Shown here: piece after piece, positions 35,112 through 44,089 of the stretch | Numbering within the stretch: the first letter of the stretch is position 1 | Layout of the letters: every line of letters starts with the position of its first letter | From: Euryarchaeota archaeon UBA229 | GTDB taxonomy: Archaea > Thermoplasmatota > Poseidoniia > Poseidoniales > Poseidoniaceae | NCBI GenBank assembly: GCA_002505355.1 | Contig: DAUW01000076.1 | Location: 970 to 48,550 of the forward strand | Direction: 5' to 3' | DNA length: 47,581 bases | Program-made: the position numbers and the translations under genes | The notes under the pieces: generated by a model | The model's database searches: none | What the model was told of the DNA's origin: nothing | What the model saw: only the letters and a program-made list of their open reading frames with translations

Positions 35112-37025
35112 ATGACAAGAATGAGTGCCACGGTCTCGATATTGCTAATTTCCTTGATGCTTCTGCCTTCCATGGGGGCAGTTGTGCCTGTTGATGCTGA
35201 ACCAGCATCCCAAGAAGAACCAGGCTGGTGGGTCGATACTACCGTTGACCGTAACAAAAATGGTATTGGAGATATGATCGAGAAGCATATCGATAACCCA
35301 ATTTTATTGGAAGACGGAACCTTGCCTATAATCATTGATTTTGATCACACTCCAGACCAAGAAGATGTGGACATGTTAATCGAAAATGTTCACTATGAAC
35401 ACGAGTGGTTCTTACCGGGTATTGACGCTGTTGCAGGTAGATTACCAGTGAGTCTGCTCAGTGAAGCGACCAACCTACCAGGTGTTGTAATGCTCGAATT
35501 GGACGGTATTATGTCAATTCAGAATGGTGATGCTGTTGCACTGCATGGCGTAGATAGTGCATGGTCCGAAACTGGGTATGACGGTTCAGGCACCACAGTG
35601 GCAATTATTGACACTGGTATAGATGGTGCACACGCTAGCTTAGATGACCAAGACGATGACCCAGAGACCAATGACCCCAAAGTCATAGCATTTTATGATC
35701 CGGTGAACAACCCTAGTTTGACCAACGGAACTGAAATTTTCCCATATGACGACCAGGGCCATGGTTCCCATTGTGCCGGAACCACTGCAGGAACCGGTGC
35801 ACCTACCTTCGAAAACCCAGGGATGGCACCAAAAGCAAAACTAGTTGGTGTCAAGGTACTAGATTCTGGCGGCTCGGGCTCTTTTGCTGTAGTAATGGCT
35901 GGTATGCAGTGGACCATTGATAATCGCTACCAGTTCAATATTAGAGTTGCCTCAATGTCATTAGGAGCGTTTGGAATCATCGAATGGCAATCATCAGAAG
36001 AAGACAGTGTCAATCGTATGGCTAATGAGATGGTTTACAATGACATAACACTCTTTATCGCTGCCGGTAACTCTGCAGGAAGGGGAACCATCGGTACTCC
36101 CGGTAGTGCTGAAGATGCCATCACAGTGGGGGCTTTAGACAAAGACTCCTCGATTGCATCATACTCCAGTCAGGGACCAACAGAAGAAAATCGGGTCAAA
36201 CCAAATGTTGCTTATGTTGGCTCTGACGTAATGTCAGTAGCTCACAACACCGGAGATGGCTACACTGCCTTCTCTGGAACATCGATGGCGACACCGGGGG
36301 CGGCTGGTGTTGCAGCTCTTATGCTACAAGCAAATCCTGGGTTAAGCCCGTTTGAAGTAAGGAATTTCATGCAGGAAACCGCTGAATACCGGGCTTGTAC
36401 ATACATGGGTGATCCAGCAGGTGTTGATGGTTGTGACGATAATGATGCTCAGAATATTGTTACTAAGAATCGACAAAACAATGTTTACGGACACGGCGAA
36501 GTGAGAGCTCTTGAGTCGGTCCTTGCAGCTGCAGAGAAATATTACGTGTTCGATACATCGATGGAAATAACCATCGATAGTGATCCAACCCATGACAACA
36601 CACACACACATCTATCTCCAAAAGAGTCAATTAGTTTCTCGACCAGTGGTGGCATCGAAACAATTCAGTGGCGTAGCAATCACATTGTTGATGATTGGAC
36701 AAATCTTCAATCCTATCAAAGCGGCGACGCTGGTGGCGAAATAACGGCAATTGACATCATTCAACAATTTTCTTACTTGCCAGGTATCGATCTCGAGGGT
36801 AATCACACCATATCAATCAGAGGGTTACAATCAAACCAAAGCGGCGGTCATTCGTCATCACCACTGGTGACAATTGACATAATGCTGATGGACACTGATT
36901 CGGCTTATCAAAACGAGTCCGCTAACACTCCTGGTTTCACTTTGCTGACCGTCTCACTGGCGTCCGCAATCGCCTTATTTGTCAATCGAAAGCAAAAAAA
37001 TTCAACCGTAACCGATGAAGAGTGA
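35112..37025 (+). CDS. Secreted subtilisin/halolysin-like (S8) serine peptidase with a PGF-CTERM-like sorting signal
   Basis: Signal peptide (VSILLISLMLLPSMGAVVPVDA). Catalytic blocks VAIIDTGIDGAH, GHGSHCAGTTAG and SGTSMATPGAAGVAALM. C-terminus is NTPGFTLLTVSLASAIALFVNRKQK.... Confidence 0.9.
   Translation: MTRMSATVSILLISLMLLPSMGAVVPVDAEPASQEEPGWWVDTTVDRNKNGIGDMIEKHIDNPILLEDGTLPIIIDFDHTPDQEDVDMLIENVHYEHEWFLPGIDAVAGRLPVSLLSEATNLPGVVMLELDGIMSIQNGDAVALHGVDSAWSETGYDGSGTTVAIIDTGIDGAHASLDDQDDDPETNDPKVIAFYDPVNNPSLTNGTEIFPYDDQGHGSHCAGTTAGTGAPTFENPGMAPKAKLVGVKVLDSGGSGSFAVVMAGMQWTIDNRYQFNIRVASMSLGAFGIIEWQSSEEDSVNRMANEMVYNDITLFIAAGNSAGRGTIGTPGSAEDAITVGALDKDSSIASYSSQGPTEENRVKPNVAYVGSDVMSVAHNTGDGYTAFSGTSMATPGAAGVAALMLQANPGLSPFEVRNFMQETAEYRACTYMGDPAGVDGCDDNDAQNIVTKNRQNNVYGHGEVRALESVLAAAEKYYVFDTSMEITIDSDPTHDNTHTHLSPKESISFSTSGGIETIQWRSNHIVDDWTNLQSYQSGDAGGEITAIDIIQQFSYLPGIDLEGNHTISIRGLQSNQSGGHSSSPLVTIDIMLMDTDSAYQNESANTPGFTLLTVSLASAIALFVNRKQKNSTVTDEE
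36930..37022 (+). other. PGF-CTERM-like archaeosortase recognition/anchor segment (protein-level signal)
   Basis: Pro-Gly-Phe (36930-36938) is followed directly by a hydrophobic helix (TLLTVSLASAIALFV) and a basic stretch (NRKQK). The post-helix tail (NSTVTDEE) is longer than I recall for canonical PGF-CTERM. Confidence 0.6.
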
Positions 37026-37094
37026 ATAAAAAATCACAGTATTTCAGTATGAAATAGCGGTGATGTAAAGAGTAGTACTCATTGGCAATACCAT

Positions 37095-38684
37095 ATGTCA
37101 TGGCTAAAGGATCCTGAAGGTGACAGCCATCAAAGGATTAGCCTAACCTATCGTTTTCTCCGTAAATTTAACCGTACTGTAATGTCGGTGTGGTTCCGGG
37201 AGTTAGACATTGTAGACAACCATAATTTGCCGAACGAGGGCGGTATAATATTCGTTTCTTGGCATCCTAGTGGATTAATTGATCCAATGTTATTGCACGC
37301 CTCACTGCCTGGAAGGTTATCGATTCTTGCAAAGCATACACTATTCGATATGCCAGTAATTGGGCGGATGATAAAATCAGGCGGAGGCCTGCCCATATAT
37401 CGAGTCAAAGACAGCGACGATATTGATGCTTCTAAGCAGAAAAACGCATCAATGCTACAAAACGCTGGGCTGGAGGTGGCTAATGGTGGTAGACTTCTAT
37501 TATTTCCAGAAGGCAGAACTCACGCCGATTCAGATGTCGGCAAAGTCAAGACTGGTGCAGCAAGGATTATGCTCAATGCTTTACGTGAAGCCCAGCGGAA
37601 AGGCCTTCCAGTACCAACACTAATTCCAGTAGGTTTGCATTATTCAAATTCAAATAAATTTAGGGAACGAGGTGCGGTGATATTAGAACGGGCAATGGAT
37701 TTACCGGAAATCCCGGTCAGAATAGGCGAGGACAATGAGGATTCAAATGCTGACCAAAGTTGGGTGTTAGAGGTTACTAAATCTATAGAAGCAGAACTAA
37801 AGCGGGCTAGTTTATCGAAAACCACTTGGCAAGAAAGACGATTGATTTGGTTAGCCCGCAGTGTTGCATATGCTGAGAGAGCGGTACGAAGCGGTGAAAG
37901 AATTCAGCGACCGAGCTACGCAGAATCAGTGCTCGGGGCCAGAAGGCTTCGAGCGGGATGGGAATATTATAATGCCAAAGATCCAGAAAAAATTGCTTCA
38001 TTAGTTAACAAATCAAAAAGCCACTTTGCCGAGTTGGAATCGATTGAAGCCACTCCCTATGATGTTGCTGCAAAGCCAGAAAAGCCAGCTTTTCTTGGTT
38101 ATGCAACAGCATTTATCGCATGGATATGGGTTGCTGCATGGATGCTTGGTTTAGTGACTTGGAGCGCTATTTTAGGTAATGTTCCACCTTATCAGGCAAA
38201 TTATTTTACCATGTGGCAGTTGAAAAAGCGCGGTGTTGAACAATCGATACTCGGAACACTGAAAATTGGAACTGGTGTCATTATGTTCCCTATTTGGTGG
38301 ATTTTTGTTTCCCTTGCTGTGACGGTTATGTTTCTGGCAACTGAGAGTCCAGTTTACATATTACTGAACAAACACTGGCTGTTAGCATATTTCACAAAAA
38401 TCAATCCGTTAATAATGTTCTTTGTTCTATTAATTTGGTGGCCAACATCAGGGCGACTGCACATGAAACTTTATGCGCGTCTAGTTCGGAATTGGCGCGA
38501 GTTAAAGCGATGGAAAAATTGGCGAAAGGACGAACAATATTGGGAAAAACTGCAATCAAGACAACGCGAAATTGGCGGGATGTTGATTGAATTAGGCGAC
38601 AGTCTAATCCTTCCTGGGGACGATGAATGGCAGGAACCAAAAACGGGTCGCGATGATTTTAATTATGTAAGTTTGAGGAATTGA
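37095..38684 (+). CDS. PlsC-family (lysophospholipid/glycerol-phosphate) acyltransferase with a large C-terminal membrane domain
   Basis: Acyltransferase motif I is H-x4-D in FVSWHPSGLIDP. Motif III is LLLFPEGRTH. Motif IV-like is TLIPVGLHY. The C-terminal ~200 aa contain several hydrophobic helices (AFIAWIWVAAWMLGLV, VIMFPIWWIFVSLAVTVMFL, LIMFFVLLIWW). Confidence 0.78.
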   Translation: MSWLKDPEGDSHQRISLTYRFLRKFNRTVMSVWFRELDIVDNHNLPNEGGIIFVSWHPSGLIDPMLLHASLPGRLSILAKHTLFDMPVIGRMIKSGGGLPIYRVKDSDDIDASKQKNASMLQNAGLEVANGGRLLLFPEGRTHADSDVGKVKTGAARIMLNALREAQRKGLPVPTLIPVGLHYSNSNKFRERGAVILERAMDLPEIPVRIGEDNEDSNADQSWVLEVTKSIEAELKRASLSKTTWQERRLIWLARSVAYAERAVRSGERIQRPSYAESVLGARRLRAGWEYYNAKDPEKIASLVNKSKSHFAELESIEATPYDVAAKPEKPAFLGYATAFIAWIWVAAWMLGLVTWSAILGNVPPYQANYFTMWQLKKRGVEQSILGTLKIGTGVIMFPIWWIFVSLAVTVMFLATESPVYILLNKHWLLAYFTKINPLIMFFVLLIWWPTSGRLHMKLYARLVRNWRELKRWKNWRKDEQYWEKLQSRQREIGGMLIELGDSLILPGDDEWQEPKTGRDDFNYVSLRN

Positions 38685-38745
38685 AATTAGCCATTTCATC
38701 CCTATATTGATATGCATCCTTTGTTAGGGTAATGCGGGTGAGATA

Positions 38746-39348
38746 GTGGTTGGTTCCGAGTATGTTAAGATGACCCCCTCTGCCCCCAAAACGATATGGA
38801 GCGCAACGGTAAACAAAAAATCGTTCGAATTACTGATTAATTCCAATGCGGTGCTTCTGGATGTCCTCCGCGACCAGGTTGGAACCCTCGGAGTCAAACG
38901 AGGTTGCGACTTGGGCACTTGTGGATGCTGCACAGTCATGGTCGATGGAGAGCCAAGACTTTCTTGCTTATGCCTAGCGGGTCAGGTCTCAGACACGGCA
39001 ATAACCACTGTTGAAGGGCTTGCTAACGGGGCACACTTAGCACCAATCCAGGCTTGTTTTGCTAAGTATGGCGGGTCACAGTGTGGATTTTGCACCCCAG
39101 GTTTCCTTGTTGCATCACAAGCTTTACTTGATGACAATCCTTCACCTACCGACCAAGAAATCGCTGATGCTATTGAGGGCAATCTGTGCCGCTGTACAGG
39201 ATATCAGCAAATTATTGAATCAATTCAGGAAGCAGCTAAGATTCATCGTGGCGAAGTTGCACACCCGCAACCAGCCTCCGATCCTCACCCAGACCCACAT
39301 CCGGATGGTCCCGGGGAACCATCTATGCCGCCCGGTCATGCGAAGTGA
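38746..39348 (+). CDS. [2Fe-2S]-binding small subunit of a xanthine dehydrogenase/aldehyde oxidase/CODH-family molybdoenzyme
   Basis: The plant-type cluster motif is GCDLGTCGCCTVMVDGEPRLSC. The second cluster motif is QCGFCTPGFLV...NLCRCTGYQQI. It has an unusual His/Pro/Asp-rich C-terminal tail (HPQPASDPHPDPHPDGPGEPSMPPGHAK). Start is GTG at 38746 (GGTGA upstream) or ATG at 38770. Confidence 0.9.
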   Translation: MVGSEYVKMTPSAPKTIWSATVNKKSFELLINSNAVLLDVLRDQVGTLGVKRGCDLGTCGCCTVMVDGEPRLSCLCLAGQVSDTAITTVEGLANGAHLAPIQACFAKYGGSQCGFCTPGFLVASQALLDDNPSPTDQEIADAIEGNLCRCTGYQQIIESIQEAAKIHRGEVAHPQPASDPHPDPHPDGPGEPSMPPGHAK

Positions 39349-42155
39349 TTACTATGTCAGCAGGATATCGACAACAACCAGGTAATCGTTCGTCTAAGCG
39401 TACAGATGGCAAAAGAGTGGCTGGAAAACAGGTTTTCCCACCTCCTGGTTCCGGCGGTTCGAGGCCGGTCATGAAGGAAAGAGATTTAGATTTCATACCA
39501 GAGTCAGTCGGCGGCAAAGAGCCACAGCCTGCGGGATCTCACATACATGACAGAATAAGAACTGGTACTGTGGTCGGTAAGTCCCTGTCGTTAGTAGATT
39601 CAAATGCTAAGGTTACTGGACAAGCATGGTATGGCGATGATGTAAGGTTGCCGAACGAAACAATTGGTAAGATTTTACGTTCACCCCATCATTATGCCAA
39701 AATAAAATCAATTGACACCTCAAGAGTCGAAGCATTACCTGGTGTAATATCGGTGGCAACAGGTCAAGATGCTGCCAATAGTTTTGGCGTATTACCGGTC
39801 ACCAAAGATGAGCATGCAATGGCGGTCGAAAAAGTCAGACACATGGGTGACTTGGTCGCATGTGTGTGTGCGGAAACAGAAGCAATTGCTATTGAAGCAC
39901 TCTCCCTATTTGACATCGAATGGGAGGTTCTCGAGCCCGTATTTGATCGTAAAATGGGCTTAGAGGACGTAGACGAGCCGATTCACTGGCGAGGTAAATA
40001 CCACTTGTCGAGAACCAATGTCCAAAAGCGAGTTTTCCAAGAATTCGGCGATCGTTCACTTGTTGACAATCCACACGCAGCGTCCCACGGCAAATGGAGT
40101 ATGGAGGGGGTTCACCACGGCTTTACGGAGCCTCACGCAGTGGTGGCTCACTGGGATCCAAATGGTAGGTTACAACTGTACACTCCTCAGCAAGTTCCGC
40201 ACTACACTCACAGAGCATTGTCTACTGTTTTGGATGTGCCAATGCACCAAATTAACGTGATTAGAACCTTTGTTGGTGGGGGTTTTGGCGGAAAGTCGGA
40301 TCCGTTCCCGCACGAGATGTGTGCAGCTATATTGTCAAGAAAATCCGGCAGGCCAGTTAGAATAACCTTTGATCGTGAGGAGGTTTATTGGATAAATCGC
40401 GGACGTCACCCCAGTGATATCGAAGTGAAGATGACTGCTGATGATGTCGGCCGAATCTCTGGTTTTGATATTGATGCGCTCATTGACGGCGGTGGTTTTG
40501 CATCGTTCGGGCACGTCACATCTTACTACAATGGTGTTTTAGCGACTGCACCATATGAATTGGGTTCGTTTCATTACACTGGAGCAAGAGTATGGACCAA
40601 TAAACCAGCCTCGGGCGCAATGCGAGGTCATGGTGCTGTTAACACTAGATGTGCGGTTGAGGTAGGACTCGACGAAATGGCAGAACAGATGGCCGTTGAC
40701 CCGATAGATCTCAGATTAGCAAATCTCCTGCCTCCCCATAGCAGGACAATAACCGGATTTAGAATTACCTCAAACGGGATGCGTGAGGCTCTTGAAGAGG
40801 TAAGGGATGGGTCAAAGTGGGATGAAAAATTCCGACAACTTCCGTTAGGTAAAGGAATAGGCGTTGGGTGTGGATTTTTCATTTCTGGCTCGGGCTTGCC
40901 TATTCATTGGGACCCAAATCGTTTCCCTCACGCAACAGTTCACATTCAGGTAGATATGGATGGTGGAGTTACTGTTCACACTGGTGCAGCAGATATCGGA
41001 CAAGGTTCTACAACTGCGGTCGCGCAAGTAGTTGCCGAGGTATTGGCATTGCCGATTGAAATGATTCACGTTAGGAGTCATGAGAGTGATACGGCTCCGG
41101 TTGATTTAGGCTCATACTCCAGCAGAGTTACTTTCATGAACGCCAATGCAGCAATACGGGCCGCTTTGGAGATTAGAGAGCAAATTCTCAATGCTGCTTG
41201 GGACATACTCGGATATCATCCCAATACCTTGGTACTAAATGACAGAAGAATATACTACAAGCACGATCCATCAATTGGTGTATCATATCTGAAAGCGTTA
41301 CACAAAGCGCAAGAGGACAAGGGCTCATTAATTGCCAGTGGCGCATATCGATCACCGCCTATGGGAGGGGTCCACAAAGGGGCAGCTGCGGGCCTCGCAC
41401 CAGCGTACTCCTTCTCTGCCTACGTTGCTGAAGTCGATGTAGACGTTGAGTTAGGTTTGGTTAAATGTACCAATGTCTGGGCGGCACATGACTGTGGTAA
41501 AGCACTAAATCCATTGGCTGTCAAAGGCCAGATAATCGGTTCATGTCACATGGGATTGGGTCAAGTATTATCTGAGAAAATGGTTTATGGAAGAACGGGA
41601 CATCTGCAGAATGCCAACCTGTTAGAATACAAAATTCCGTCCGTCCATGAGATGCCACACGTTGTTCCAATTATCATAGAATCATGCGATCCAGAGGGGC
41701 CATTCGGCGCAAAAGAAGCCGGCGAAGGTCCGCTATTGCCAATATTACCAGCCGTTGTCAACGCAGTGTATGATGCCGTTGGAGTTAGATTTAGGGACTT
41801 GCCACTGACTCCTGATATAGTCTACAAAGGCATCGAACGTAAGCGAAAGTCGTTGAAACTAGATGATTGTCTAGAATTGCCTAATCCGAGATTAGAGCAC
41901 GGACCTATGCAAGAGGTTTTGGTTGCAAGAGCTAATGAACACAAAACACGCGACAAAGCCAGACAGCGAACCGAGGACACCTCTCACTACGTAAACGGCG
42001 TGCTGTTTGGTTTTGATCCGAACATACCTTTGGAAGACCAGGTTGATGGTTGGCGAATGGCTACTGAGCCAGACCCAGAACAACTTGCTGAATTGGGTCT
42101 TGCTGGTAAGGCTTGGCTTAAGAAAACGCAGCGTGAAATGGGGCGTGATGATTGA
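39345..42155 (+). CDS. Molybdopterin-binding large subunit of a xanthine dehydrogenase-family enzyme (not a form-I CO dehydrogenase)
   Basis: VGKSLSLVDSNAKVTGQAWYGDD N-terminal domain, GGGFGGKS, SGAMRGHG, and C-terminal GAKEAGEGPL with the catalytic-Glu context. It lacks a VAYRCSFR-type CODH loop. Extra ~75-aa N-terminal (if GTG 39345) and ~100-aa C-terminal extensions. Confidence 0.88.
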   Translation: MITMSAGYRQQPGNRSSKRTDGKRVAGKQVFPPPGSGGSRPVMKERDLDFIPESVGGKEPQPAGSHIHDRIRTGTVVGKSLSLVDSNAKVTGQAWYGDDVRLPNETIGKILRSPHHYAKIKSIDTSRVEALPGVISVATGQDAANSFGVLPVTKDEHAMAVEKVRHMGDLVACVCAETEAIAIEALSLFDIEWEVLEPVFDRKMGLEDVDEPIHWRGKYHLSRTNVQKRVFQEFGDRSLVDNPHAASHGKWSMEGVHHGFTEPHAVVAHWDPNGRLQLYTPQQVPHYTHRALSTVLDVPMHQINVIRTFVGGGFGGKSDPFPHEMCAAILSRKSGRPVRITFDREEVYWINRGRHPSDIEVKMTADDVGRISGFDIDALIDGGGFASFGHVTSYYNGVLATAPYELGSFHYTGARVWTNKPASGAMRGHGAVNTRCAVEVGLDEMAEQMAVDPIDLRLANLLPPHSRTITGFRITSNGMREALEEVRDGSKWDEKFRQLPLGKGIGVGCGFFISGSGLPIHWDPNRFPHATVHIQVDMDGGVTVHTGAADIGQGSTTAVAQVVAEVLALPIEMIHVRSHESDTAPVDLGSYSSRVTFMNANAAIRAALEIREQILNAAWDILGYHPNTLVLNDRRIYYKHDPSIGVSYLKALHKAQEDKGSLIASGAYRSPPMGGVHKGAAAGLAPAYSFSAYVAEVDVDVELGLVKCTNVWAAHDCGKALNPLAVKGQIIGSCHMGLGQVLSEKMVYGRTGHLQNANLLEYKIPSVHEMPHVVPIIIESCDPEGPFGAKEAGEGPLLPILPAVVNAVYDAVGVRFRDLPLTPDIVYKGIERKRKSLKLDDCLELPNPRLEHGPMQEVLVARANEHKTRDKARQRTEDTSHYVNGVLFGFDPNIPLEDQVDGWRMATEPDPEQLAELGLAGKAWLKKTQREMGRDD

Positions 42156-43129
42156 TGTTGATGCCCCCATTCACCCTACACCATCCCAATACCGTCGATG
42201 AGGCCGTTGGGATTGCCTCTCAACTACTTGAGCAACAAGAAGATTTTGATTGGGTTGCAGGTGGAACGGATGTTGTTCCTAATTACAAATGGCGAATAAA
42301 CCCTAAGCCTCACGTTATCTCATTAGCTAATATTCCGGAAGCAAATCAAATATCGCAATATGAGATCGGCTGTATGACCAAACTTTCCCAACTAACAACA
42401 GAAAACAAAGTTCACCCATTAATAGTTGAAGCAGCCTCTAAAATTGCCTCGTCCCTAGTTAGAAAAAGTGCCACAGTAGGTGGCAATCTTTGTCTTGACA
42501 CACGATGTTTCTGGTATAACCAGAGTGAGGACTGGCGTCGTTCGATTGATTGGTGCCACAAAGCAGACTGTGGAACTGGTGCTGACTGTAGAGTCATCCC
42601 AAACCAAAATACCCTGTGTGTTGCTACATATCAAGGAGATTTGGCACCTAATTTTATGGCTCTTGGGGCCAAAGTTTCGCTCATCGGTCCCGATGGTGAG
42701 AGAACCATACTTTTGGAAGATTTTTATCAATTGGATGGTATGAAAAAGAATGTACTACAGCCCGGAGAGTTCATGCTCAAAGTGAGCCTCCCAGCAGATG
42801 CCTTCGAGTATGATGGAAGCTACCAAAAGTTACGGCTACGAGAATCGTGGGATTTTCCTGAGGCTGGTATCTCTGCGGTATGGAAAAAAGGCGACTATTC
42901 GACGCTAAAAATAGCCTCTACAGCATTAGAATCAATCCCTAAAACTCATGATTCCCAAGTTGGAGAGTTCGCTTCATCATGGCAAAATGGAACCACTATT
43001 TCTCAACTATCAGATGCTATTCGCAAGTCTGTTAAGCCAGTAAATAACACAGCCTTACCGCCCAATTACCGTAAATCTGTAGTAAGAATACTAACCAAGA
43101 GGGCGCTAAAAAATATCGGATGTGAGTGA
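42152..43129 (+). CDS. FAD-binding medium subunit of the molybdoenzyme, with a ~45-aa Cys-rich insertion
   Basis: VAGGTDVVPNYK and SATVGGNLC ... GDLAPNFMALGA are FAD-domain blocks. Between them lies LDTRCFWYNQSEDWRRSIDWCHKADCGTGADCRVIPNQNTLC. The start overlaps the large-subunit stop. Confidence 0.85.
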   Translation: MMLMPPFTLHHPNTVDEAVGIASQLLEQQEDFDWVAGGTDVVPNYKWRINPKPHVISLANIPEANQISQYEIGCMTKLSQLTTENKVHPLIVEAASKIASSLVRKSATVGGNLCLDTRCFWYNQSEDWRRSIDWCHKADCGTGADCRVIPNQNTLCVATYQGDLAPNFMALGAKVSLIGPDGERTILLEDFYQLDGMKKNVLQPGEFMLKVSLPADAFEYDGSYQKLRLRESWDFPEAGISAVWKKGDYSTLKIASTALESIPKTHDSQVGEFASSWQNGTTISQLSDAIRKSVKPVNNTALPPNYRKSVVRILTKRALKNIGCE

Positions 43130-44089
43130 GTGGCAAATTCAACAAAAGGTGTTGTAACTCTAGTATTGTGTTGCCTCCTCTTTGGCGCTTTTTTGCCTGG
43201 TGTGGCTGCACAAGACCAAGTTGAGATTCCGTCGTGGGAGGTTGGCTGGGAGACCAACATGGATGGTATTTACGAACTAGAATTATCAGGTCAAGACGAC
43301 ATCGATGATTCTATTGAGTTCTTTGTTGCCAACGAAAGAATGATCGATTTAAATCTTGAGATAACCATTGAATGGGATGAATCAGATAACATACCGATTG
43401 AACTAGAATATGATGAATCGATAAGCGTCGCAGCATCAGATAATCAGACATTTACTATAGAAATCTCAGACTTATCGGGTTATTCCTTCCTGAGGTCTCC
43501 TACCAAATCCATGACGTTATTGCTCAGCGCTCAAGAGGTTGCCCTTGAACAACCACTGTCAACGCAAGAAATTGACGCTGAACTGGTAGTCCCAGCGGTC
43601 TTCAACCTCAAACTTGAATCCCAATCTAAGGACGAAATTCTCTACTCAGGTTCATCGGTAGAATATTTGCTAAAAGTGTCCAATGAAGGTAATACGAAAG
43701 ACGTGATTAAGTCTCCTCAGGCGTCAATTAAGTCATGCCCCAGTATTAATGTTGAAGGACTGGATGTCATGGCTGACGTGGAACTAGAGAACTCAACAGT
43801 AGGTGAGTATGTAGTTAGGATTTCAGCCTCTGCTTCTCAACCAGAGAGAATCTGTGAAATCACTATCTCGATAAAATCGGCTGGTAATGGCCAAATCTCA
43901 AGCACAATTTTCGAAATAGATGTGAATTCAAACGCCGGGAATGACGATGAGCGTACGGTGAGTGATAATGACGAACCAACTAACAACGGAGAAACGGAAC
44001 TAACTGAAACAGATACTCTAGATTTTATTGGAATATTCGAGCTTATTTTCATCGTCGCTATCGCAGTGTCATTTCGTCGTCTAAATTAA
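43130..44089 (+). CDS. Secreted acidic protein with a C-terminal TM anchor; function unknown
   Basis: The GTG start is the nucleotide right after the medium-subunit stop. Signal peptide VVTLVLCCLLFGAFLPGVAAQD. Body is acidic and beta-rich by eye. The C-terminus is FIGIFELIFIVAIAVSFRRLN. Confidence 0.55.
   Translation: MANSTKGVVTLVLCCLLFGAFLPGVAAQDQVEIPSWEVGWETNMDGIYELELSGQDDIDDSIEFFVANERMIDLNLEITIEWDESDNIPIELEYDESISVAASDNQTFTIEISDLSGYSFLRSPTKSMTLLLSAQEVALEQPLSTQEIDAELVVPAVFNLKLESQSKDEILYSGSSVEYLLKVSNEGNTKDVIKSPQASIKSCPSINVEGLDVMADVELENSTVGEYVVRISASASQPERICEITISIKSAGNGQISSTIFEIDVNSNAGNDDERTVSDNDEPTNNGETELTETDTLDFIGIFELIFIVAIAVSFRRLN

Noticed and set aside
36599-36610. (CA)6 microsatellite
   Set aside because: It lies in frame inside the subtilase gene (encoding ...NTHTH...) and is too short to be meaningful.
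38746-43129. Aerobic carbon monoxide dehydrogenase (coxSLM)
   Set aside because: The large subunit lacks a VAYRCSFR-type active-site loop, and the corresponding region reads SGAMRGHG. The gene order is S-L-M rather than M-S-L. The FAD subunit has a Cys-rich insertion. Only the broader xanthine-dehydrogenase-family call is supported.
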